From a phage: a stretch of 64,000 nucleotides of DNA. The translations under genes and the position numbers were made by a program. The notes beneath the pieces are model-generated. The model was not told the DNA's origin, did no database searches, and was given only the letters and a program-made list of their open reading frames with translations. The stretch lies in the sequence record PZ452595.1. One strand, written 5' to 3'. Positions 8,992 through 18,322 of the stretch are shown one piece after another. Numbering within the stretch: the first letter of the stretch is position 1; every line of letters starts with the position of its first letter.

Positions 8992-10808
8992 TATTGGCTC
9001 ATCCATTCTTTACGAAGGTCAGCATTATCTCCCATGAGCATTTCAAAAAGCTCTTTCCAGTTCTCAGGAAGTTTAACAACATCATATACTGGGTTTTGAA
9101 TCATCTCACGATATTCAGATTTTTCCAAAGAGCCAAGTCCTTTAATATAACGGATGCTATGTTTAGGTAAAGCATCTTTAGCACTCTCATATTCAGCGAC
9201 TGTATAAAACCATTCTTGTTTTTTACCGACCTGAGCGATGATTACAGGAGTTTTGACGAAGCGAATTCGTCCTTGCTCAAACAATTCTGGCCAATTACTA
9301 AAAAATCCAAGCAGAGAAGGATAAATGCTTCCTAGACCATCATGGTCAGCATCAGTCATAATAGCAATATTATGATAATTCAAGTTTTCAGCTTTTTCAC
9401 CGAGAACTAATCCAGTGATTGCGCAAATATCAAATAGTTCTTTGTTTTTAAGCATATCTGCATAAGACATACCCCAGCTATTAAGAACTTTACCACGCAA
9501 TGGATAACCACCGTGAAGTTCTTTATCACGAACATCAATAAGATATCCGATAGCAGAATCACCCTCAGTCAAGAAAAGAGTAGTGTCAGCATCTTTACCA
9601 CAAAGATTCGCTTTGATATGTTTATGAACCTTAGCTTTAGAAGCCTTTTTAGCTGCTTTAGTTTCTGCTGCTTTTTCTGCCGCCAATTTACGAGCCAAAG
9701 CAGCTTCAATAATCGGCATTAGAATTGCTTCATTATTTAGAATAGCACGTGAAATCTTTTTAGCATCAAGCTGAATATGACTACGGATTTCACCAAATGG
9801 AGAAGTCAAACGCTCTTTAGTTTGAGAATCAAATCGCATGTTTTTCATATCACGAACAAACATAACGATTGTCAAACATTCTTTTACACGCGCTTTAGTT
9901 ACATCAATTTTGAACTTACGTTTGATTTGTGGAATAAGGTCTTCACAAATATCATCCATAACACAGTCAATGTGATGGCCACCATTCTTAGTGTGAATGT
10001 TATTGACGTATGTTAATTGACGAAAACCATCCGGTGAACGACCAACCGCAATAGAACAATTTTCTTGTTCTTGAACGATAGCATGCTCATCATATTGGCG
10101 TGCATATTTCTTAAAATTGCCCTGAACCTTTTTACCATTAAAGGTAAATTGAATATCAGGATAAACTACTGCAAGTGTCTGGAGACGATCTAGTGTAATG
10201 TCAAGATAAACTTGGGACAGCTCATTAGTTTCAAATGACATAAAATCAGGAATGAAAGTAACACGAGTTCCTTTCCATTTTCCAGGAATATCTTCCCATG
10301 ATTTATTTTCCATGCCATTTGAACAACGAACTACAATATTATTTTGACCATCACCAGTTTCACCGACAAACATCACAGAAAAAATGTTTGTCAAACTAGA
10401 ACCAACACCATTCATACCACCGGTGACGCGTTCTTTATCATCACCGAAGTTACCACCTGCTTTTGGAATAGTCCATGCAGCAACAGGACCAGGAATTTCT
10501 TCACCGGTAGGTGTTTTAACCATCGCTTGTGGAATACCACGACCGTTATCTTCAACTGTTACTTGATTGTTTTTAATAGTAACATTAATTTTATTTGCGA
10601 ATTTAAACTTAGTACGAATACCTTCATCTACTGAGTTATCGATAATTTCATCAATAAGCTTAACAAGACCAGGTACATACTGAACACTTTCCCATTTACC
10701 AAACAGAAAGCGCTCATGCATTTCATTAGCAGAAGAGCCGATGTACATGCCACTGCGCTTTTTGATATGTTCAATATCGCTCAGAATTTTAATTTCATTC
10801 TTAATCAT
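8991..10808 (-). CDS. 39: DNA topoisomerase II large subunit gp39 (GyrB-like ATPase), uninterrupted form
   Basis: 605 aa from ATG (track ORF begins one codon earlier at GTG); MIKNEIKILSDIEHIKKRSGMYIGS GHKL N-terminus; single ORF, no gene 60 split. Confidence 0.9.
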   Translation of the reverse strand: MIKNEIKILSDIEHIKKRSGMYIGSSANEMHERFLFGKWESVQYVPGLVKLIDEIIDNSVDEGIRTKFKFANKINVTIKNNQVTVEDNGRGIPQAMVKTPTGEEIPGPVAAWTIPKAGGNFGDDKERVTGGMNGVGSSLTNIFSVMFVGETGDGQNNIVVRCSNGMENKSWEDIPGKWKGTRVTFIPDFMSFETNELSQVYLDITLDRLQTLAVVYPDIQFTFNGKKVQGNFKKYARQYDEHAIVQEQENCSIAVGRSPDGFRQLTYVNNIHTKNGGHHIDCVMDDICEDLIPQIKRKFKIDVTKARVKECLTIVMFVRDMKNMRFDSQTKERLTSPFGEIRSHIQLDAKKISRAILNNEAILMPIIEAALARKLAAEKAAETKAAKKASKAKVHKHIKANLCGKDADTTLFLTEGDSAIGYLIDVRDKELHGGYPLRGKVLNSWGMSYADMLKNKELFDICAITGLVLGEKAENLNYHNIAIMTDADHDGLGSIYPSLLGFFSNWPELFEQGRIRFVKTPVIIAQVGKKQEWFYTVAEYESAKDALPKHSIRYIKGLGSLEKSEYREMIQNPVYDVVKLPENWKELFEMLMGDNADLRKEWMSQ

Positions 10809-10860
10809 CACTTATCCTCGTTTGGTTTCGGGAATATTATACTCCAATAATCATAAAGCT

Positions 10861-10878
10861 AAAGGCCCGAAGGCCTTT
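10861..10878 (-). terminator. UUCG-tetraloop hairpin
   Basis: aaaggcccgaaggccttt. Confidence 0.55.
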
Positions 10879-11147
10879 TATTTAAAACGGATAGTCGAAT
10901 CCTTAAAGAACAGCCCAGAACATACTGTTCCTTCTACTTTCTGCCCAGTAGGTCCAATAGCACGAAATCCAGTATGCTGGAAATCATTTTCAGAGCAACC
11001 GAACCAATTATATCCAGTGATTTCAATATTAGTAAAACCACTTGAAGATAAAACTTTGGTTGCATTATCAGCATCAGTACATCCTGCTAACGACACTGCT
11101 AATACTAATGCTGCGATAGAACGATTAATATATTTCATAATTTTCAC
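10878..11147 (-). CDS. putative lipoprotein (89 aa)
   Basis: ORF track; signal peptide with lipobox LAGC. Confidence 0.6.
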   Translation of the reverse strand: MKIMKYINRSIAALVLAVSLAGCTDADNATKVLSSSGFTNIEITGYNWFGCSENDFQHTGFRAIGPTGQKVEGTVCSGLFFKDSTIRFK

Positions 11148-11515
11148 TTAAATTTAATGGCTTGAAGAAGACTAATAACTCTCAAGCGACTTCTTTCATC
11201 TTTAACTGTAAAAGAAAGAGGGTCACCAGATTTCATAGTAATAGTACATTCAAAATCAAAATCTTCGGAAACTTCTTTGAAGAAGTCAAATTCTTCATCA
11301 TAAATTAGAACATTACTCTGACAACTATGAAGAATTTTTCCATCATTTCCAGATGCTGTACTAATCATTGTAACATTATGACCTTTCATATCTTCAACGA
11401 TAAATTCACTAGTCAATATTACAGCATTAATAGAACTATTCCTATTACTAGCAGAAAGTAGATATTTCTGTTCTTCACCTTCACGAATGCGATATTTCTT
11501 ACCGATTTTAAACAT
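11144..11515 (-). CDS. hypothetical protein (123 aa)
   Basis: ORF track; 4-nt overlap with downstream gene. Confidence 0.6.
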   Translation of the reverse strand: MFKIGKKYRIREGEEQKYLLSASNRNSSINAVILTSEFIVEDMKGHNVTMISTASGNDGKILHSCQSNVLIYDEEFDFFKEVSEDFDFECTITMKSGDPLSFTVKDERSRLRVISLLQAIKFK

Positions 11516-11517
11516 AA

Positions 11518-11694
11518 TTACCCTTTAAGTAAGTCGTAAAAACCACCATTCACATGCTTAGGAGCAGAAGGCCGACGAGTAGACAAACGATGACATTTAG
11601 GGCAAACATCATTTTCTCGTTCAGAAATCTTTTTAATTTTTTCATATTCATGCCCACAATCTTCGGATTGGCATTTATAATCATACATTGGCAT
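11518..11694 (-). CDS. FmdB-like zinc-ribbon protein (~58 aa)
   Basis: Hand-translated MPMYDYKCQSEDCGHEYEKI...CPKCH; two CxxC pairs; not in ORF track. Confidence 0.5.
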   Translation of the reverse strand: MPMYDYKCQSEDCGHEYEKIKKISERENDVCPKCHRLSTRRPSAPKHVNGGFYDLLKG

Positions 11695-11696
11695 AA

Positions 11697-12122
11697 TTAT
11701 TCCTTAAAGTGTGCTTTCAGCATTTGATACAAGGACCATGCCTGTTCATTATTTTCAATAGTAACTTTCATGACTGGGAATTCTGTGAAATCTTCTATTT
11801 GATCTTGCTCTTTCTCTTCCTGCTCTTGCTCTTCAACTGCCTGATATGGATTTTCCACTTCATCAAAGAACCCAGCTTCGTTAGTAGAAAGCCAGATAAA
11901 GTTTTCGTCAAGGATATCACCATGTGTTGCATATCCAACTGTGCCAGTAGATGTCACAATTTTAGTAGGACGACCAAGATGGTCAACATCTAAAATTTTA
12001 AAAGGATGCATACCTAAACGGCGCGCATAGATTCCGTTATCAGTATGATCTTTAATAAAATTTTCTTGAGCTTGTTTATTTTTAAATTGATACCATTTAT
12101 TAACTTCAAATCTAATAGCCAT
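11697..12122 (-). CDS. goF: GoF-like protein (141 aa)
   Basis: Size and position (between 39 and motB) as T4 goF by recall; acidic [11 protein letters not shown] tract. Confidence 0.6.
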   Translation of the reverse strand: MAIRFEVNKWYQFKNKQAQENFIKDHTDNGIYARRLGMHPFKILDVDHLGRPTKIVTSTGTVGYATHGDILDENFIWLSTNEAGFFDEVENPYQAVEEQEQEEKEQDQIEDFTEFPVMKVTIENNEQAWSLYQMLKAHFKE

Positions 12123-12340
12123 TAATAAATTTCCTTCCAGTAAGTTGTACCGTCTTCAGTGATTTCACGGAATACACCATAAATCGGTTGTTTATCACCA
12201 ACCTTTTCATACACATAAACCGAAGTCAAGTGAGTAAACTTGATGGTGTGTTCCTTTTGAACTACTACCAAATTTGGATCAAATAATACATCTTCAAATT
12301 CATCATTAGTGCAATTCTGAACAATTTTACGTTTCATCAT
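12122..12340 (-). CDS. Cef-like small protein (72 aa)
   Basis: ORF track; position/size like T4 cef (recall only). Confidence 0.5.
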   Translation of the reverse strand: MMKRKIVQNCTNDEFEDVLFDPNLVVVQKEHTIKFTHLTSVYVYEKVGDKQPIYGVFREITEDGTTYWKEIY

Positions 12341-12350
12341 AATTTCCTCA

Positions 12351-12620
12351 TTAATTGAACATTGGAGCGATGCGTTTCAGAAGAGTAGCAGCACCTTTGG
12401 CGAATTTTACATCATGAAAAACAGTTTCTTCTTCCGTTACAACACGAGCTTTAATGTTTTCGCAATCCCAATTTTTGCGAACAATCTTCAAAAGCTGCAA
12501 TAAATCTTTACATTCAGCAATATCGATAACATATCCACGAGAATCTTCCATTATCGCACGATAACCATAAGCCATACCATAATCATTGAAAGATTGCTCG
12601 ATGATAATTAAGTTTTCCAT
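12351..12620 (-). CDS. hypothetical protein (~89 aa)
   Basis: ATG preceded by GGAG + AATAAA spacer; track ORF starts at TTG 12632. Confidence 0.55.
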   Translation of the reverse strand: MENLIIIEQSFNDYGMAYGYRAIMEDSRGYVIDIAECKDLLQLLKIVRKNWDCENIKARVVTEEETVFHDVKFAKGAATLLKRIAPMFN

Positions 12621-12717
12621 TTTATTCTCCAAGTTATTTTCTGTATCAGTAGTTGATATTGATATAGTACCATAATCAACTACTGATGTATATAGTTTTA
12701 TGAAAAAATTTTAAACT

Positions 12718-13209
12718 TTATGCATAGCGAGCTTTGCTGTAGTGTTTAATCCAACTTTCAGGAATGACTTTGTATGTTCCTAAAAATACCGCGTTGTATA
12801 ACTTAACGCCATCTTCTACCCATTGATCAGTAATGTATGCACACATGGCGCGAGTACGGTTAACAACCCCTTCCTCACCTTCAGTAAATTCAAACTCATA
12901 AGGAGCAACGAACTTAATAGCTTGACCGAGTTTCCACTTAAAGTCTACGCCTACATGCGAAGTATCAATCGTTTCAATTCCTTTAGCAGGAACAGCTTTT
13001 AAAAACGCAGACTCAAGAAATTTCGCACGAACATAGCCAAACTGAGGTTTAGACTTTCCATCTTTAGGAATGATACGCACTTTTACTTCAGAATCTTCAT
13101 CTTTAACACCGTGTTTAAGCTGAATGCTTACAACTTCAACCAATTTTCCTGCTGCTTTAGAACGGGATTTATCAGATACACGAGCAATTTCACCGATATT
13201 AATAATCAT
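12718..13209 (-). CDS. motB: MotB-like DNA-binding protein
   Basis: 163 aa; N-terminus MIINIGEIARVSDKS and position fit T4 MotB by recall. Confidence 0.65.
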   Translation of the reverse strand: MIINIGEIARVSDKSRSKAAGKLVEVVSIQLKHGVKDEDSEVKVRIIPKDGKSKPQFGYVRAKFLESAFLKAVPAKGIETIDTSHVGVDFKWKLGQAIKFVAPYEFEFTEGEEGVVNRTRAMCAYITDQWVEDGVKLYNAVFLGTYKVIPESWIKHYSKARYA

Positions 13210-13253
13210 AGTTATCTCTCACTTGTTAAAAAGATTTTATACTCCACGGGACC

Positions 13254-13283
13254 ATTATACTCTGGTCCCAAGAGTTTGTAAAC
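13254..13283 (-). promoter_or_regulatory. T4-type early promoter upstream of motB
   Basis: GTTTACA - 17 nt - TATAAT. Confidence 0.6.
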
Positions 13284-13285
13284 TA

Positions 13286-13828
13286 TTAATTCAAAATAGC
13301 TACCACTGCACTACGAGGTACTACGCTAAAATCACCTGCATGAACAACGTTCAGAAGTTCAACACCATCTTCAATCCACTGGTCTGTTACCCAACCACAG
13401 ACCGAAATAAATGGGGTCTTGATAGCTACTGCACGAGTCAAAAGGTCAGTAGGATCAACTTCTTGGAAGAGGATAATCTCTGCTTCAAAGACTATAGTTT
13501 TAATTACTTCATCATTATCTAAGCGATGTGCTCGAATCACGTAAGCTTTATTCTTATCATACCAATTACTTTTTGAAAAACTTTTAACCACAAACTCACC
13601 TTCACCAAAAACACTGGTCAATGCTTTATAACCCAAATTTAGTTCAGTAGTTTTAATTTCAGTTTCAACCAGTTTGTAGGTTTTGCCAGTTTCGATGGTC
13701 CGAGCAGTCATAAATGTTTCCTTAATTTCTAATGGTTTAACAAGAGTGCCGTACATGCTTGCTATATCCATATCAAACGGTTTATCTACAGGATTCGGTG
13801 TGTATTCAGGATTATAATTAAATTTCAT
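13286..13828 (-). CDS. MotB paralogue (180 aa, shared C-terminal domain)
   Basis: C-terminal TDQWIEDGVELLNVV aligns with TDQWVEDGVKLYNAV of 12718..13209. Confidence 0.6.
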   Translation of the reverse strand: MKFNYNPEYTPNPVDKPFDMDIASMYGTLVKPLEIKETFMTARTIETGKTYKLVETEIKTTELNLGYKALTSVFGEGEFVVKSFSKSNWYDKNKAYVIRAHRLDNDEVIKTIVFEAEIILFQEVDPTDLLTRAVAIKTPFISVCGWVTDQWIEDGVELLNVVHAGDFSVVPRSAVVAILN

Positions 13829-13830
13829 AA

Positions 13831-14343
13831 TTATCTCATTTCAATAAAATCTACAAGTTCAGCATGGGATTTACGGAACATTACTTGATGCCCACCAATG
13901 ATAACTTGGTCATCTGGCACTTCATAAATCGCAATGTACATTCCACGATCTTTTAAGTCTTCACGCTCTTCTCGGGTGAACCATCTCATCATATCATATT
14001 CAGTAGCGAAAGCAAAATGATATAATGCAATAAACCACAATGGAATATAATTTTCAATTCGTGAATAATCTTTATTCCATTTAGTTTTAATAGCATCATT
14101 AGCATTTTCAACTAATAACTTATCATCGTGCGGAATAGGAATACTTTCATGACTTTCATAATTATCGCTATGATGATGAAATGACGATGAATTAATACCG
14201 CAAAATTTTAGCCAAGTTCGAGTTTTCATAGAATCAAATCCACGATAAGGAGTTGATTGAACGCATAACTCTTGCCTAATTTTCATTATACCACTATCAT
14301 CATTTAATGCGCTAAACGATGATTCAACACGATAAATTTTCAT
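13831..14343 (-). CDS. hypothetical protein (~170 aa)
   Basis: ATG after GAGGA SD; track ORF starts at TTG and reads through the upstream promoter. Confidence 0.55.
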   Translation of the reverse strand: MKIYRVESSFSALNDDSGIMKIRQELCVQSTPYRGFDSMKTRTWLKFCGINSSSFHHHSDNYESHESIPIPHDDKLLVENANDAIKTKWNKDYSRIENYIPLWFIALYHFAFATEYDMMRWFTREEREDLKDRGMYIAIYEVPDDQVIIGGHQVMFRKSHAELVDFIEMR

Positions 14344-14370
14344 TTTATTATCCTCAGTAGCTATGGTGTT

Positions 14371-14400
14371 ATAATACCACAACTGACCGAGGAAGTAAAC
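14371..14400 (-). promoter_or_regulatory. T4-type early promoter
   Basis: GTTTACT - 17 nt - TATTAT. Confidence 0.5.
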
Positions 14401-14406
14401 AACTTT

Positions 14407-15090
14407 TTATCGTTTTGTTGGAAGAGACAGAGGATCGCATTCTTCCTCTGACGGAGCATCTTCAAGACCCATAGCGTATCGCAAAGCATACTTCATCATC
14501 AGGATGTCTTTCGCACAGTCATGAATAGAATCATGTGCAACGAATCCATCTAAGGTTCCCTTTGGAAGAGGACATGTGGTCATATCACGAACAAGCAGAA
14601 GTGCTTCAATTCTGGTACGAATATCACGCTGATTCCAGAATTTACACGGTTCTAACTTAAATGTGTCAAGCTCATTCTCAGAAACACCATTAAGACGTTG
14701 AATATCACGAATGAGATCGACTAAAATTGGAAAATCAAACGACATTCCGCGACACCAGCCTTGAGATTTCCAAGGATCGATATTATGTGCATTGATGTAA
14801 TCATTAAATTTTGTAATACCATCGATAGTGCTTACATCTTCATCTGATGGTGCAATATTTTTTCTAGCTTCAGGAGATTGATTTTTCCACCATTCGATAG
14901 TGCTTTTAGTAAAAAGACGATGTCCTTTTTGGCTTTTTAAATCAAATTTGATTTTAATGCCACGTGAAACTAATTCATCAAACGTTTCAACTACTTCTGG
15001 ATTAGGGTCAAAAGCAATTACAGCCAAATCAATAACAGCTGCTTTTTCACCGCTTCCCATTGTTTCAAAATCTATAATAAAATCAAACAT
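14407..15090 (-). CDS. dexA: DexA, exonuclease A
   Basis: 227 aa as T4 DexA; acidic exonuclease motif FIIDFETMG. Confidence 0.85.
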   Translation of the reverse strand: MFDFIIDFETMGSGEKAAVIDLAVIAFDPNPEVVETFDELVSRGIKIKFDLKSQKGHRLFTKSTIEWWKNQSPEARKNIAPSDEDVSTIDGITKFNDYINAHNIDPWKSQGWCRGMSFDFPILVDLIRDIQRLNGVSENELDTFKLEPCKFWNQRDIRTRIEALLLVRDMTTCPLPKGTLDGFVAHDSIHDCAKDILMMKYALRYAMGLEDAPSEEECDPLSLPTKR

Positions 15091-15347
15091 TAAATTTTCC
15101 TCGCTAAATCACGAATTTGATCTACAGTATAGTCTTGAATATAAACTTTATTGATAGGCTCATCAATAAATTTTGCCATAGATTCAATGTCTTTTTGTAT
15201 TTCTTCAAGACTGTATACTATCTTTAAAGCTTTTTCGCGAATAGTAATATTTTCAGGACCCTGATTTTCTTCAATGACAGCTTTAACATTTGTCATAAGA
15301 GATTTAAATTGGTACCAACTTAATTCAATCATTAATAATCGCCTCAT
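15090..15347 (-). CDS. hypothetical small protein (85 aa), member of tandem trio
   Basis: ORF track; shares LEEIQKDI-type motif with neighbour. Confidence 0.5.
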   Translation of the reverse strand: MRRLLMIELSWYQFKSLMTNVKAVIEENQGPENITIREKALKIVYSLEEIQKDIESMAKFIDEPINKVYIQDYTVDQIRDLARKI

Positions 15348-15585
15348 AAAGATAGCTAATTTCGCCTAAAACATAATCATTAATTGTAACAGTTTTCACT
15401 TCACCACAAAAGAATTCTAACGCAATTAAATCTCGTTCAATTTCTTCTAATTGAAGCATCAACTTACTAGATTCAATTTTTACAGTTTCACGATTTTTAC
15501 CATGAGCAATTTCATAAATTTCGCTAACTTTATCCTGAAGAAGATAAAACTGATCTTTAGTTATTTCCACGAATAGCTTCCTCAA
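15325..15585 (-). CDS. hypothetical small protein (86 aa), member of tandem trio
   Basis: ORF track; LQLEEIERDL motif. Confidence 0.5.
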   Translation of the reverse strand: MRKLFVEITKDQFYLLQDKVSEIYEIAHGKNRETVKIESSKLMLQLEEIERDLIALEFFCGEVKTVTINDYVLGEISYLYEAIIND

Positions 15586-15817
15586 ATTTAATTAGTAATT
15601 TACAGACACTTTCATCTAGTGTAATTACCGTATCTGTATTACTGTGATATGATTGTTTTTCAATTCGTTTAATTGCTAATATAGTATCACTTATAAGATA
15701 AAGCTTATGAAGGAGCTCAGCTCCTGTTACCATAACATTAAGATTATCTTGCTTATTAGTATGCTTCCTTATACCATCTATTAGACGATTTAAATATTTT
15801 GAATTGATGTTAATCAT
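15557..15817 (-). CDS. hypothetical small protein (86 aa), member of tandem trio
   Basis: ORF track; overlaps neighbours by ~25 nt. Confidence 0.5.
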   Translation of the reverse strand: MININSKYLNRLIDGIRKHTNKQDNLNVMVTGAELLHKLYLISDTILAIKRIEKQSYHSNTDTVITLDESVCKLLIKFEEAIRGNN

Positions 15818-15823
15818 ATATCC

Positions 15824-17143
15824 TCACACATAAAACACATCATAACGACCACGAGTGACACCTACATAAAGAAGTTGCTGAGCTAATTCAGCATCTGCAT
15901 AATGAATACAAGGCGTATAGATGAAAGCACGGTCTACAGACATACCCTGTGCTTTATGGAATGTTGATGCAGGAAGTGCTTTCACTTTACTAAACTGTGA
16001 TTTAGCATCCCAAAAATCACTCCATGGAGCTTTTCCGCCTTTGTTCCAATTTTTATAAGTTTCTGCTGTTTTACCTAAAAATAGGTTAAACTTATACAAT
16101 TCTTCATCAGATGAAATTATTTTAATCTTTTCACGATAATATTCATCATCGCCGTAAGTTTCTACTGTTAAATCCCAATGACGAATTAAGTATTCTCCTG
16201 GAACACCACGAGCTTTAACAAACGTTGATGTATACTCTGCTTCTATAATACGAACTAACTGTCCGTTATTAAAAATAATTTCTGACACAGGCTTTCCATC
16301 AATTTTATATGTTTTAATTAATGGTTCCTGCATTACAATAATTTCACCGACAATAAAATCTTTATCGGTTTCAAAAATCTTTTTACGAATAATGCTATTT
16401 AACTTGTCAACAGATTTATTCGTAAATGCCATTACGCGATTTTCAAACAAATCATCTAGTGATTTTACGATTGAAAAATAATTTACCATAAAATCACGTA
16501 AAGCAGTATCACCAGTAAATCCACGTACTCCATGCCCGTCAACAACTTTGTCATAAATCCACTTACCGTTGCGAACGTCAGTAGCTACATCAATAATAGG
16601 AGCATTACTGCGTTTAACTTCAGTAAGTTCACACTGATAAAAATCTTTATGTGTAAAGAATGGACTGATATAAGCACTGTTTTCTCCTGGGTCAACAGGT
16701 CTAATTTGCTTATTATCGCCTATTCCAATTATAGTACACCAAGGTGGAATAGTTGAAAGCAGAATTTTAAACAGCTTTCTATCATACATTGACACTTCGT
16801 CACAGATTAATACTCTGCATTTAGCTAAATCTGGTACTTCCTTCTGCTCAAAGAGGACATTTTCTTCATATGTTACCGGGTTAATTTTAAGAATACTATG
16901 AATAGTACTTGCTTCTTTCCCTGATAGTTTTGAAAGAATCTTTTTAGCTGCATGAGTAGGAGCTGCTAAAATAATACCAGTTTCACCCGTAGATATTAAA
17001 GCTTCAATGATGAATTTGGTAAGAGTAGTCTTACCGGTGCCAGCAGGTCCATTAATAGTTACATGATGTTTCTTTTCTTTAATAGCCTTCATAACAATGT
17101 TAAAGGCATTTTTCTGGCCTTCGGTCAAATCATCAAATGTCAT
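15824..17143 (-). CDS. dda: Dda DNA helicase (SF1B)
   Basis: 439 aa as T4 Dda; Walker A GPAGTGKTT. Confidence 0.9.
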   Translation of the reverse strand: MTFDDLTEGQKNAFNIVMKAIKEKKHHVTINGPAGTGKTTLTKFIIEALISTGETGIILAAPTHAAKKILSKLSGKEASTIHSILKINPVTYEENVLFEQKEVPDLAKCRVLICDEVSMYDRKLFKILLSTIPPWCTIIGIGDNKQIRPVDPGENSAYISPFFTHKDFYQCELTEVKRSNAPIIDVATDVRNGKWIYDKVVDGHGVRGFTGDTALRDFMVNYFSIVKSLDDLFENRVMAFTNKSVDKLNSIIRKKIFETDKDFIVGEIIVMQEPLIKTYKIDGKPVSEIIFNNGQLVRIIEAEYTSTFVKARGVPGEYLIRHWDLTVETYGDDEYYREKIKIISSDEELYKFNLFLGKTAETYKNWNKGGKAPWSDFWDAKSQFSKVKALPASTFHKAQGMSVDRAFIYTPCIHYADAELAQQLLYVGVTRGRYDVFYV

Positions 17144-17451
17144 CGTAAATTCCCTGCAATTGGTATACTAACAATACGCCCAGTATCTAAAATTCGCTGA
17201 TATAATCTTTGTGTGTCTACGTCAGGCTTAACATGTTTAACTTCTATTTTATTAAACCAAAACTTACGTGGAGTCTCAACTAATCTTGGAATTCCCTTAC
17301 CTAAAGCTAGTCGATACTGTTCTTTAAGAGTAGTAAATACTTTATCAGCAATCTTCCATTCAAAAAATACAGCAGGACGATGTTCATCAAGCGGAACTGG
17401 CGCCGTAAATCCGTCTTTGTCTCGGTAAACTATCGCATATACATAAACCAT
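17140..17451 (-). CDS. hypothetical protein (103 aa)
   Basis: ORF track; 4-nt overlap with dda. Confidence 0.6.
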   Translation of the reverse strand: MVYVYAIVYRDKDGFTAPVPLDEHRPAVFFEWKIADKVFTTLKEQYRLALGKGIPRLVETPRKFWFNKIEVKHVKPDVDTQRLYQRILDTGRIVSIPIAGNLR

Positions 17452-17452
17452 A

Positions 17453-18199
17453 TTATCCTCGGATAAGTTTAAAAATTGAACAATTTAGCGGATATCCTCT
17501 TTTCAGTTTAAGTTTATCAATAAAAGACAAATTTTGATACCGCTCTACACCTTGAATAATTTTATCACACATATCATATTGCATTTCTGCTTCTGACAAC
17601 TTTTTCACAATTTTCCAATCCGAGCCTTTAAGAAGAACGTTCAATTTAACAACTTCAGCGCCTTCTGCTATGCGAGAACCATCAATACGAGCTTTAAGTG
17701 CTATAATTCTTAGCTTAATGTCAGAGGTCTGTTTTGATTTAGAAAGCTGAGAAATGTGTTCAATTCGGTTTTCACGTTTTTTCTGTATAGCTTTAATTTG
17801 ATTATAAGTCTTTTTGATTTTAGCCCATTTCTTTTCATCTAAATTTAGTTTATGAACTTTTTTCGCAGATGAACGACCAATTCGCAAAGCAAATAAATCA
17901 CGCTTTTCAATTAACTCTTCTAAAGTATAATCAGAACGAAATGTATTATACTTTTTCTTTACTGCAATAACATTCCCTTTAATGTATCCAACGTTATTAT
18001 CAAAACGTTCTAATGATAATTTCTCTCCTTCAATACGATTATCAAAAGGTTCTCCCGAGTAAGCGCAAACTTTTTGATCTAAAATGTTCTTAATGTAATT
18101 GAAGTCTAAGTTAAAATCTTTAGAACGTCTTTTTGCAGATGCCTGAGTATGCTCTAAACGACGTTTAATTTTACGAATTTGGTTATTAGACAGCTTCAT
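17453..18199 (-). CDS. Srd-like protein (248 aa)
   Basis: Size/position as T4 srd between dda and modA (recall); basic, helical. Confidence 0.55.
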   Translation of the reverse strand: MKLSNNQIRKIKRRLEHTQASAKRRSKDFNLDFNYIKNILDQKVCAYSGEPFDNRIEGEKLSLERFDNNVGYIKGNVIAVKKKYNTFRSDYTLEELIEKRDLFALRIGRSSAKKVHKLNLDEKKWAKIKKTYNQIKAIQKKRENRIEHISQLSKSKQTSDIKLRIIALKARIDGSRIAEGAEVVKLNVLLKGSDWKIVKKLSEAEMQYDMCDKIIQGVERYQNLSFIDKLKLKRGYPLNCSIFKLIRG

Positions 18200-18235
18200 A
18201 TTTTTCTCACATCTTACGGACGGTTAACTACTTAT

Positions 18236-18265
18236 ACTATAACATTTTTACTTTAACTTGTAAAC
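18236..18265 (-). promoter_or_regulatory. T4-type early promoter upstream of srd-like gene
   Basis: GTTTACA - 17 nt - TATAGT. Confidence 0.5.
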
Positions 18266-18280
18266 AACTTTATGTAAAAA

Positions 18281-18305
18281 TGCTTTAAAACTTTCATGGT
18301 ATAAT
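18281..18305 (+). promoter_or_regulatory. MotA-box middle-promoter match on the plus strand (antisense to modA)
   Basis: Plus strand TGCTTTA - 12 nt - TATAAT; no plus-strand ORF >=60 aa downstream. Confidence 0.4.
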
Positions 18306-18322
18306 GAATCTAAGTCCTTCCA

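Noticed and set aside
10836-10860. MotA-box-like promoter upstream of gene 39 (AGCTTTA - 12 nt - TATAAT) and a similar element at 55588-55612 (CGCTTTA)
   Set aside because: First base of the MotA box deviates from TGCTT; plausible but weaker than the other middle promoters, so left out of the feature list.
12664-12716. Early promoter upstream of 12351..12620
   Set aside because: Promoter-like (-10 TACTAT/TATATA present) but the -35 is degenerate (TATACA or GTTTAA with non-canonical spacing); not confident enough to annotate as a feature.
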